Assembly (NCBI GenBank): GCA_026392115.1
Contig: JAPLCQ010000035.1
Coordinates: 2,914 to 66,913, forward strand
Length of the DNA stretch: 64,000 nucleotides
Direction: 5' to 3'
Source of the DNA: Armatimonadota bacterium
Lineage (GTDB): Bacteria; Armatimonadota; Chthonomonadetes; Chthonomonadales; CAJBBX01
Positions 34,960 to 43,069 of the stretch are shown here, in pieces (the first letter of the stretch is position 1; every line of letters starts with the position of its first letter). Made by a program: the position numbers and the translations under genes. A model generated the notes under the pieces. That model saw only the letters and a program-made list of their open reading frames with translations. It was not told the DNA's origin and searched no databases.

Positions 34960-35874
34960 CTATACCTCCAGCGATTGGACGCTCGGCGTCCAGCCCAGAC
35001 GGGTCAGTGTACCCAGATAGTCCTCAGTGGTCAACTCGGTCGGCCGCTTGCCCAGCACGGCCACCAGCGCCGCCTCCATCACGTTTGTGGCGAAGGCGAC
35101 GCCACCGATCTCCGGCGTGGTGGTGATGAGCAGCTTGGCGCCGCGCCGGCGCAGGAGCTCGGTTTCGTCGGCCCGGCTCGACTGGGTGAGGATGATCTTG
35201 CCGTCCAGCCGCTCGGGCATGTAGCGACGGATGATATGCCAGTCGCCGGCGATGATGTCGGCCTCGGCGAAGAGGCCCCCGTACTTGGGCGTGTTCCGGT
35301 CCTGCTTCTCTCCGGTGGGATAGAGCCACGAGATGGGCATTCGCACCACCAGGGGCAGCGCGACGGCGGCCAGCCGCTGCAATCCGGCCCAGCTTCGGAC
35401 GGCGATGGGGATGCCGAGGCCGAAAGCCAGGTCGCCGAAAGCGATGGAGCGCGCCCGGCTCGCCAGCGCCTCGGCCATGCCGAACCGGTCCACGCCAGCC
35501 ACCAGCAGCACGCGCAGCTGCCCGAAGTCCACTATGCCCTGGTCCTGCAGGTAGGCGACCGTGGCGCGCTCCAGCGTGTGCTTGAGGCCGCTGCCGTCGA
35601 CCCATGGCGTGATGCGGGCGGGCTCCATCAGCGCCAGCGTCTCGCGGAAGGCGTAGCGGCGCGTGCCGGCGTGGAGGTAGGCGTCGGTCCCGCCGACACC
35701 GAAGCAGTCCACCTTGCCGTCCAGCTCGGCGAGGATGGCCCGGTACCGCTCTTTGCTGCCGTCGGTCCCGCGTCGCTCAATGGTGAGCGGGACGCCCAGC
35801 ATCTCGGTCTGGACCGTCTTGTCGCGCCTGGAAGTGCCCAGGCTCACGCTCACGACTCGCTTCATCTCGGGCAT
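34960..35874 (-). CDS. Uncharacterised conserved protein (a family I recall being auto-annotated as quinate 5-dehydrogenase-like; function unproven)
   Basis: ATG 35874. Contains MKRVVSVSLGTSRRDK...ERRGTDGS...DGKVDCFGVGGTDAYL...VDGSGLKHTLER. It starts 16 nt downstream of the ABC-F stop. Confidence 0.65.
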   Translation of the reverse strand: MPEMKRVVSVSLGTSRRDKTVQTEMLGVPLTIERRGTDGSKERYRAILAELDGKVDCFGVGGTDAYLHAGTRRYAFRETLALMEPARITPWVDGSGLKHTLERATVAYLQDQGIVDFGQLRVLLVAGVDRFGMAEALASRARSIAFGDLAFGLGIPIAVRSWAGLQRLAAVALPLVVRMPISWLYPTGEKQDRNTPKYGGLFAEADIIAGDWHIIRRYMPERLDGKIILTQSSRADETELLRRRGAKLLITTTPEIGGVAFATNVMEAALVAVLGKRPTELTTEDYLGTLTRLGWTPSVQSLEV

Positions 35875-35890
35875 GGTGGTGGTCTCCCTG

Positions 35891-37822
35891 CTACTGCGTG
35901 GCGCCCAACGCCTCGCCGCGCTGGGAGGCCTCCTCCCAGGACGCCATGGCCGCTTCCAGGCGGACCTGGACATCGGCGTGGTCTTGTGAGAGCTTCACGA
36001 TGTCGTCCTGCGGCGTCGGCGTAGAGAGCGTCTCCTCGATCCGCAGGAGCAGGTCCTCCAGCTCGGCCACCAGCCCCTCGGCGCCGGCGATGTCCTTGAG
36101 GGCCTGTCGGCGTGCGCGCGATAGCTCGAACGAGTTCATGCCGTGCGTGGCCGAGGGCTTTTCGGGCTCCGGCGCGGCGGCCCTCGCCGGTGTGGCGGCG
36201 GCCTCGGCCTCCTGCTCGCAGGCTGAGCGGAAAGTGGAGTAGGGGCCGTCGAAGAGCCGCGCCGATCCGCGTGCGATCTCGAGCGTCAGGTCCGTGACGC
36301 TGTCGAGCAGATAGCGGTCGTGGGAGGCCAGGATCAGGGTTCCGCCATACTCGGCCAGCATCTCCGTGAGGGCGTGCCTGGCGGCGAGGTCGAGGTGGTT
36401 GGTCGGTTCGTCCAATACGAGCAGGTTCGGCTCTGCGAGGACGAGCTGCGCCAGCACAAGCCGGTTCTTCTCCCCTCCAGAGAGCGCACTGACCCTTCGG
36501 CCGACATCGTCGCCGGTGAACAGGAACCTCGCCAGGAACCCGCGCGCCTCGCCCGGGGTCAGTGTGGAGACGCCCTGGATGGTCTCCAGCAACGTCAAGT
36601 CGCCGTTCAGGTCCGAGGCCTCCTGGGCGAAGTATCCCACGCGTACTCCGGCACCCAGCCGAACGGAACCGGCTGTGGCCGCCTCCAGGCCGAGCATGGT
36701 GCGCAGGAAGGTGGACTTCCCGGAGCCGTTCGGCCCCACGATGCCGAGGCGCTGCCCGCGCTCCACGAGCAGGTTCACATCCTGGAAGAGCGTCCGCTCT
36801 CCGAACCCCTTGGCGAGACGGTCCACGATGACGACCTCTTCGCCGCTCCGGTTGCGCTCGTTGATCTTGAGGCGCAGTTCCTTGGCGGCGGGCGGGCGGG
36901 TGACGCCGTTGCGCCGAATCTTGTCAGCCGCCTTCAGCCGGCTCCACGCCATGTTCCGGTTCTGGCCGGCCTTGTTGCGCCGCCAGAAGGCCTCCAGCCG
37001 CTCGATCTCCTGCTGCTGCCTGCCGAAGGTCTCCTCCTGCAGTCGCCGTTGTTCGGACTTCTGCTCCCAGTAGGCGCTGAAGTTGCCGGTGAAGAAGCTG
37101 ATGCGCGATCCCTCGATCTCGGCCACCGTACGCACGGTCTGGTCCAGGAAGTAGCGGTCGTGGGAGACCAGGATCACGGCGCCGCCGAAGTCGCGGAGAA
37201 AGCCCTCCAACCACTCGGTGGCCTGCAGGTCCAGGTGGTTCGTCGGCTCGTCGAGCAGCAGCACATCGGGTCCGCTCAGCAGGAGGCGGGCCAGCGCCAA
37301 CCGTGTCTTCTCGCCGCCGGAGAGCGAGCAGGTCTTCTTGTCGTGGGTCTCGCGGGGAAAGCCCATGCGCTCGAGCACGACCCCGATGTCCCGCAGGTTG
37401 TCGTAGCCGCCCATGGCGTCGAACCGGTCGCGCAGGAGGCCGTACTCCTCCATGGCGGACTCGACGGAGGCGGCGTCCTGGACGCGCTCGCCGTGGGCCA
37501 TGGCGTGCTCCAGTTCGCGGAATCTTCGCTCCATGGCCAGCACGGGCGCGAAAGCATCCTCGGCCTCCTGGTAAACCGTGCGGCCCCGCTCCACCATCTG
37601 CTCCTGGCGCAGGTAGCCCCGGCGAATGCCACGCGCGAACGTGGCCGAACCGCGATCGGGTTCCAGGTCCCCGTTCAGGATGCGTAGCAGCGTGGTCTTG
37701 CCCGTGCCGTTGCGTCCCACGAGGCCGATCTTCTGCCGCCACTCGAGTCGAAACGAGACGTCCACCAGGATGGGCGTGGCGCCGTAGAACTTCTCGATTT
37801 CGCGGACGGTCAGCAGGCTCAT
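35891..37822 (-). CDS. ABC-F family ATPase (two ABC domains, no TM domain, C-terminal coiled-coil; Uup-like)
   Basis: Walker A motifs GRNGTGKTT and GPNGSGKST are present, with two LSGGEK signatures and a linker between the cassettes. Confidence 0.9.
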   Translation of the reverse strand: MSLLTVREIEKFYGATPILVDVSFRLEWRQKIGLVGRNGTGKTTLLRILNGDLEPDRGSATFARGIRRGYLRQEQMVERGRTVYQEAEDAFAPVLAMERRFRELEHAMAHGERVQDAASVESAMEEYGLLRDRFDAMGGYDNLRDIGVVLERMGFPRETHDKKTCSLSGGEKTRLALARLLLSGPDVLLLDEPTNHLDLQATEWLEGFLRDFGGAVILVSHDRYFLDQTVRTVAEIEGSRISFFTGNFSAYWEQKSEQRRLQEETFGRQQQEIERLEAFWRRNKAGQNRNMAWSRLKAADKIRRNGVTRPPAAKELRLKINERNRSGEEVVIVDRLAKGFGERTLFQDVNLLVERGQRLGIVGPNGSGKSTFLRTMLGLEAATAGSVRLGAGVRVGYFAQEASDLNGDLTLLETIQGVSTLTPGEARGFLARFLFTGDDVGRRVSALSGGEKNRLVLAQLVLAEPNLLVLDEPTNHLDLAARHALTEMLAEYGGTLILASHDRYLLDSVTDLTLEIARGSARLFDGPYSTFRSACEQEAEAAATPARAAAPEPEKPSATHGMNSFELSRARRQALKDIAGAEGLVAELEDLLLRIEETLSTPTPQDDIVKLSQDHADVQVRLEAAMASWEEASQRGEALGATQ

Positions 37823-37961
37823 GGCGGCGCTATTGTACCTGCGGCCCGCGACGGCGCCGGGGCGGGCCAACGCGGGCGGTTCATGTATAATGGTGAGGTT
37901 CGATGGAAGATCTCAGCGGGCAGGCCGTATGTGCGCCTGCATCGCGATGGGGAGGTGTGCC

Positions 37962-39254
37962 GTGCCGAACACTGTTGTCGTGGGTGCGCAATGGGGCGAC
38001 GAAGCCAAGGGCAAGGTCGTCGACTATCTAGCCGAGCGCGCCGGCATGGTGGTGCGGTACGGGGGCGGAAACAACGCCGGCCACACCGTCACAGTGGAGG
38101 GCGCCACCTATAAGTTCCACCTCGTGCCCTGCGGCATTCTGCATGGCGGGGTCGTCTGCGTGATCGCCGACGGCGTCGTCGTCGACCCAGAGGTTCTGGT
38201 TCAGGAACTGCACGGCCTCGCGGCCCAGGGCGTGAGCGTCGCCAACCTGCGCATCTCCGCCAACGCGCATGTGATCATGCCGTACCACAAGGAGTTCGAC
38301 AGGCTGGAGGAGGCCGCCAAGGGCTCCTCCGCCATCGGCACCACGGGACGCGGCATCGGACCAGCCTATGCCGACAAGGCGTCGCGCATCGGGGTGCGGA
38401 TGCATGACCTGGTCGATGAAGCCCGCCTCCGCAAGGCGCTGGACCGGGTGAAGGAGCAGAAGAACGCCATCCTGACGCGCGTGCATGGCGCCGCCGCGCT
38501 GGACTTCGAGGATATCGCGCAGTCCTACGCGGCCCTCGGCGCCGAGCTGCGGCCCTACGTCTGCTCCACCGCGTACCTGGTGGGCGAGGCGGCTGCATCC
38601 GATGCGGGCGTCGTGTTCGAGGGCGCCCAGGGAGCCCTGCTGGACCTCGACATGGGCACCTATCCCTTCGTCACCTCCTCGCATCCGCTTGCCGGAGGCG
38701 CCTGCCTCGGCACCGGCGTCGGCCCGACCCGCATCGACGCCGTTCTGGGTGTCGCCAAGAGCTACACCACCCGAGTCGGCGCAGGCATTTTCCCCACGGA
38801 GCTTGAGGACGAGACCGGCAGCTACATCCGCGAGCGCGGTCACGAGTACGGCACCACCACGGGCCGTCCCCGCCGCTGCGGCTGGATCGACACGGTCGTG
38901 CTCCGCTACTCGGCCATGGTTAACGGCCTCACCTGCCTCGCGCTGGGCCACCTGGACGTGCTCAGCGGTCTCGACACAGTGCGTCTGGCCACTGCCTACC
39001 GCATCGATGGCGAGGTGACCGACAAGATGCCCGTGGACCTGGTCTCGCAGGTGGGCCTCACGCCCATCTACGAGGAGATGCCCGGGTGGTCCGAGGACGT
39101 GAGCGGCGTCACCCGGTTCGAGGACCTGCCCGAGGCGTGCCGCGCCTACGTGCGACGCGTTGAGGAACTGGTCGGCGTGCCCGTCGGCAGCGTGAGCGTT
39201 GGCCCTGGCCGCGAGCAACTCATCGTCCGCACCGGGGTCTTCCCAGGCGCGTAG
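37962..39254 (+). CDS. purA: Adenylosuccinate synthetase
   Basis: GTG 37962 has GGAGG 6 nt upstream. Contains VVVGAQWGDEAKGKVVD, GGGNNAGHT and GTTGRGIGPAY. A perfect TATAAT lies at 37886-37891. Confidence 0.9.
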   Translation: MPNTVVVGAQWGDEAKGKVVDYLAERAGMVVRYGGGNNAGHTVTVEGATYKFHLVPCGILHGGVVCVIADGVVVDPEVLVQELHGLAAQGVSVANLRISANAHVIMPYHKEFDRLEEAAKGSSAIGTTGRGIGPAYADKASRIGVRMHDLVDEARLRKALDRVKEQKNAILTRVHGAAALDFEDIAQSYAALGAELRPYVCSTAYLVGEAAASDAGVVFEGAQGALLDLDMGTYPFVTSSHPLAGGACLGTGVGPTRIDAVLGVAKSYTTRVGAGIFPTELEDETGSYIRERGHEYGTTTGRPRRCGWIDTVVLRYSAMVNGLTCLALGHLDVLSGLDTVRLATAYRIDGEVTDKMPVDLVSQVGLTPIYEEMPGWSEDVSGVTRFEDLPEACRAYVRRVEELVGVPVGSVSVGPGREQLIVRTGVFPGA

Positions 39255-39280
39255 CCCCGCCCCAGCCCGGCAGTAAGCGA

Positions 39281-39314
39281 TGAGGCGCCGAGTGCCGGTG
39301 GGCCCGGCGCCTCA
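39281..39314. terminator. Hairpin between convergent purA and higA (possible bidirectional terminator, no clear U-tract)
   Basis: TGAGGCGCCG (39281-39290) pairs with CGGCGCCTCA (39305-39314), with a 14-nt loop. Confidence 0.35.
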
Positions 39315-39316
39315 CT

Positions 39317-39862
39317 TCATCTACTGTGTGCAGCGCTTGCTGGTGCGGGCACGTCGTACAAGCAAGCCGATTCAGCCGCGGCATGCGCGCGAACCGGCGG
39401 CGCTCCCTTCTCGAGTGCAGCGGCTGCATAGGCAAGCACGCTTTCCGCAAGACGCTCTACCGATACGCCCTGGGCGTCGGCCGACCGGCTCAAGCTATCG
39501 ACCACGTAGGCCGGAACCGATAGCGTGCAAGCGGCAGTGTCGGGGGCCGGTTCTTCGGCGCCATCACCGATACCCGTGCCGACGGTCCTGACGCCCAGCA
39601 CCAGTCCCCTTGCCCGCAGCACTGCCGCCACCGACCGTAGCTCCGGGTTGCCGTCCCTGCGCAGCATTCGGTGCAACGCCTCACGCGACAGCCCTGTCTC
39701 TCGAGCGCACTGCGTCATGCCCCCGTTGGCCCGGACGATGTGGCCGACCGCAGCGAGGAAGGCGTCGAGGCCCTCATCAACGGCAGCCTCCAGGAATGCC
39801 GCCGCGAACTCGCGGTCGCGCAACTCCGTCGCCAGTGCAACGTCAAAGTCGAGCAGTCGCAT
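39317..39862 (-). CDS. higA: HigA-type addiction-module antidote protein (HTH) with an ~80-aa C-terminal extension
   Basis: The N-terminal ~100 aa contain FAAAFLEAAVDEG...IVRANGGMTQCARETGLSREALHRMLRRDGNPELRSVAAVLRARGLVL. The extension contains TLSVPAYVVDSLSRSADAQGVSVERLAESVL, which is RHH-like. Confidence 0.75.
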   Translation of the reverse strand: MRLLDFDVALATELRDREFAAAFLEAAVDEGLDAFLAAVGHIVRANGGMTQCARETGLSREALHRMLRRDGNPELRSVAAVLRARGLVLGVRTVGTGIGDGAEEPAPDTAACTLSVPAYVVDSLSRSADAQGVSVERLAESVLAYAAAALEKGAPPVRAHAAAESACLYDVPAPASAAHSR

Positions 39863-39888
39863 TGCCGGCCTCCTGTCGCGTTCGAATC

Positions 39889-40257
39889 CTAAGGCCCACG
39901 CCTGCTGCCTACGCGGTCATCCGGGCGCTGCTCGAGGTACGCCCTCCATCGATCACGCGCCGCGGCGATGTCAGCTTGTTGGCCTCTCTTGACGCCGCCG
40001 CCGAGCAGTACGACCAGGACGCGGCCTCCTCGACCGAAGTAGACGCGGTAACCTGGACCGAAGTCGAGGCGGCGCTCAAACACGCCGCCTCCGACCTCCT
40101 TGTGGTCGCCCAGGTTGCCGACCGACATGCGCTCGATTGCCAATGCTACCCGAGCGCGCGTGGTCTTGTCGGTGAGCGAGCCAAGCCAGTCGAGCAGCGG
40201 GCAGGTTCCGTCGCGCAGTTCGAGCATCGTAACGCGTAGTCGCGGCTCCGACAACAC
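39889..40257 (-). CDS. higB: HigB/RelE-superfamily addiction-module killer protein
   Basis: Contains PLLDWLGSL.D...RARVALAIERMSVGNLGDHKEVGGGVFERRLDFGPGYRVYF...VLVVLLGGGVKRGQQADIAAA. The toxin gene lies upstream of the antitoxin gene with a 26-nt gap. Confidence 0.75.
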   Translation of the reverse strand: MLSEPRLRVTMLELRDGTCPLLDWLGSLTDKTTRARVALAIERMSVGNLGDHKEVGGGVFERRLDFGPGYRVYFGRGGRVLVVLLGGGVKRGQQADIAAARDRWRAYLEQRPDDRVGSRRGP

Positions 40258-40282
40258 ACTCTCCTGTTACGTTCGCCGTAGC

Positions 40283-40330
40283 TTACACGTTACACTGCAT
40301 GATCTCAGCATCACGCTGGGCCTCAGCATC
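40283..40330. repeat. Two sets of short direct repeats in the higBA upstream region (candidate operators)
   Basis: TTACAC-G-TTACAC at 40283-40295, and CTCAGCATC at 40304-40312 and 40322-40330 (18-bp period). Confidence 0.4.
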
Positions 40331-40368
40331 GGCGTATTACAGCCACGCGCCGACGCCCTGCGACCTCA

Positions 40369-40956
40369 CTAGGTGCAGCGCTTGCCGTGCGGCTTGCCTT
40401 CGGGAGCGTGGCACTGCGGGCACTGGCCCGGCCCGGCCCAAATCCGCTCGGGACCTCGCGACGCGTCGGCGCCGCGGCCGGAGGAGCGACCGTTGGCCTC
40501 TGCACGAACCTCCTCCTCGTCCAGGTCCATGGCGAACTGCGTGCCGTAACCTGCCACCGCGAGGGCGCGACCGATGGCGCCCGTCTCGGCCTTCTCCACC
40601 CATCCGGCGGGGAAGTCGGAGCGCGTCTCGGTCTTCATGCTTGTGGCGATCACCCGGCCCTCCGGCGTCCGGATGGAGGCCTTCACGGTGGCGAAGCCGG
40701 CCTCCTGGCCACCTTCCAGCAGTTCGGTGTGGATTTCCCAGTCCGGCTTCTCGTCACGGAACCAGACCAGCCGCTGCGCCGCCGGCAGGTAGAGGCGGCC
40801 GCTGGGCAACCGCACCAGGTTGCGGCGTGCGAGCTCCGGGATGCGGCGCTTGTCTGCGACTTCGCCTGCCTCGCGCTTGGCCGCATCCGCGGCGCTCAAC
40901 GCTTCCGGCGCCTCGTCAACCGGCTTGCCTGCGTCCTGCTTGTCTCCATTCGTCAT
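40369..40956 (-). CDS. Rad52/Sak-like single-strand annealing protein candidate with a C-terminal Cys/His zinc-knuckle
   Basis: The core is RLVWFRDEKPDWEIHTELLE...ATVKASIRTPEGRVI...EKAETGAIGRALAVAGYGTQFA, which resembles the Sak/Rad52 signature as I recall it. The tail is CPQCHAPEGKPHGKRC. GGGAGGA Shine-Dalgarno upstream. Confidence 0.5.
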   Translation of the reverse strand: MTNGDKQDAGKPVDEAPEALSAADAAKREAGEVADKRRIPELARRNLVRLPSGRLYLPAAQRLVWFRDEKPDWEIHTELLEGGQEAGFATVKASIRTPEGRVIATSMKTETRSDFPAGWVEKAETGAIGRALAVAGYGTQFAMDLDEEEVRAEANGRSSGRGADASRGPERIWAGPGQCPQCHAPEGKPHGKRCT

Positions 40957-41059
40957 CTGATCCTCCCATGGCCCAGGGCCTCCGCATCGGCCCTGCTACC
41001 GGAGCAACTCGCGCGGCGGTCGCCAAACCGGAAAGCCGCACCGAAGGTTCGTCCGCAAG

Positions 41060-43066
41060 TTACTCCTCTGGCGCCGTGATCTCGTGCCACACCGTCTCAA
41101 AGACCTCGCGCGTAGCCGCCTTGCGCATGGGCGGCATGGCGCGTACGAGTTGCCAGCCGTAGGACTTGTTCGCCAGTCGGCTGTCAAGGATGCAAACGGC
41201 GCCGCAGTCGGTCTTGGTCCGTATCAGGCGACCCAGTCCCTGCTTCAGCCGGATCAGCGTCTGGGGCAACGTGAACTCGCCGAAGGAACTGCCGCCGCGC
41301 TGCTCGACGGCGTCGGCCCGCGACTTCTGGATCGGCGAGTCGGGCACCGCGAAGGGTAGCTTGTCGATGATCACCACGCTGAGCGCCTCGCCGGGCACGT
41401 CGACGCCCTCCCAGAACGTGCTCGTGCCGAAGAGGCAGCCACCCGCGCTGGCGCGGAAGTCCGCAACCAACTGGCCCGCCGGCTTGGAGCCCTGGCGGAA
41501 GAGCGGGTAGGGGAGCCGGTCCTTCAGTGTCTCGTAAGCCTCGGTCAGCATGCGGTGGGAGGTGAAGAGCACCAGCGCACGGCCGTTGGTCACGCGGAGG
41601 ATAGCCTCGATTTCGTCGGTGAGAAGGCGAGTGTAGTCGGGCGTCGGCGCCCGCGGCGGGGCAGGGAAGGCCCGAGGCACGTAGAGGACGGCCTGCCGCC
41701 CATAGTCGAATGGGCTGCCGACCTGGGCCTCCATGACGTCGGGGTTGAGCCCCAGCCTGCCTCGGATGTAGCCGAACCCGGCCGTATCGGCCAGCGTGGC
41801 GGAGACGAGGACCGCCGAGCGGATGCGCTCCCAGAGTTGCTCACGAAGCATGTCCGATATGTCGGTGGGTGTGCTTCGGACCGAGACCATGGGACTTGCC
41901 GAGGCGGCCCGGCGCCGCGGCCCCTCGGCTCGTCGCGTCTCGCCCCACGCGATGAAGCCCTCCTCGGCCTCCGTCAGCGCCCGGATCATGTCGGTGCGCG
42001 TGCTCACGCAGAGGCAGGCAAGCACCTCGGCCCGGTCGCGAATCTCCTGCGGCGCTTCCAGCGGCACGGTGCGGAGTTGGGCCGCTAGCGCCTCCAGCGA
42101 TGCTGCCGCGGCTGCCGACGCCTCCTTGGCCCGGTCCAGTGCGCCGGAAGGCAGCTCGGATAGGAAGTACTCCTGCTTGTCCAGCGCCACCAGGTCAAAC
42201 ATGGCGATATTGAGGTCGCGCAGGGCGTCGAGGCGCGCCGTGTCGGGCTGGATGCCCCGGAGCCGCTCAATGCGGTCCACCACGTAGGGTATGCGCCAAC
42301 TAGCCGCCTCGGCGCCGAAGACGCTGGTCGCGGCGTCCTCCAGGTGGTGCGCTTCGTCGAAGATGACGTAGTCGTGGTTGGGCAGGACGGTCTTGTTTGT
42401 GTCCATGCTCCGCAGGGCCAGGTCGGAGAAGTAGAGAGCATGGTTGGCGATGACGATGTCGGCCTTGGCGGTCTCGCGCCGATTACGGAAGTAGAAGCAC
42501 CGGTCGAAGTAGCGGCACTGCATGTTCGGGCAGGTGTCGGCCCGAGCTGCCAGGTCGGACCATCCGGCGTAGGTGAAGGGAAGCTCTGCCACGTCGCCGG
42601 TGCGCGTTTCGGCCGCCCAGCGCTTGATCTCCGCGAAATGGGGCTCGGCGTCGTGGAAGATGTCGCCGCCCGCCGCGTCGAGGTCGCGCAGGCAAAGGTA
42701 GTTGCCGCGACCCTTGGCGACCACCACCCGAGGCCTGGCGCCGGAGGCCGCCTGTATGGCCAGCGGAATGTCTTTCTCGGCAAGCTGCGACTGGAGGCCG
42801 ATGGTCTGCGTGGAGATGACCACGGGGCCCGCCTTGTCCGGCAGCGTAAGGATGGCTGACAGGTAGGCCAGCGATTTGCCTACGCCCGTCCCGGCCTCCA
42901 CGAGGCAGTGACGCCCCTGGGCCATGGCCTCGGCGATGGCGCTTCCAGCCTGCACCTGCTGCGGTCGATGCTCGAATGCTGGCAGCAAACGCGACAGCGC
43001 GCCGTCGGGCCCCAGGATCGCCTCGACCTTCTCCACCGCGTCCTCGGATGCCCTCTTGGCGCGCAC
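41060..43066 (-). CDS. dinG: DinG/XPD-like Fe-S DNA helicase
   Basis: Has Walker A (EAGTGVGKS), a DEAH box (FDEAHHLED), and a 4-Cys cluster (YLCLRD ... CPNMQCRYFDRC). GGAGG lies 7 nt before the GTG start. Confidence 0.85.
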   Translation of the reverse strand: MRAKRASEDAVEKVEAILGPDGALSRLLPAFEHRPQQVQAGSAIAEAMAQGRHCLVEAGTGVGKSLAYLSAILTLPDKAGPVVISTQTIGLQSQLAEKDIPLAIQAASGARPRVVVAKGRGNYLCLRDLDAAGGDIFHDAEPHFAEIKRWAAETRTGDVAELPFTYAGWSDLAARADTCPNMQCRYFDRCFYFRNRRETAKADIVIANHALYFSDLALRSMDTNKTVLPNHDYVIFDEAHHLEDAATSVFGAEAASWRIPYVVDRIERLRGIQPDTARLDALRDLNIAMFDLVALDKQEYFLSELPSGALDRAKEASAAAAASLEALAAQLRTVPLEAPQEIRDRAEVLACLCVSTRTDMIRALTEAEEGFIAWGETRRAEGPRRRAASASPMVSVRSTPTDISDMLREQLWERIRSAVLVSATLADTAGFGYIRGRLGLNPDVMEAQVGSPFDYGRQAVLYVPRAFPAPPRAPTPDYTRLLTDEIEAILRVTNGRALVLFTSHRMLTEAYETLKDRLPYPLFRQGSKPAGQLVADFRASAGGCLFGTSTFWEGVDVPGEALSVVIIDKLPFAVPDSPIQKSRADAVEQRGGSSFGEFTLPQTLIRLKQGLGRLIRTKTDCGAVCILDSRLANKSYGWQLVRAMPPMRKAATREVFETVWHEITAPEE

Positions 43067-43069
43067 CTG

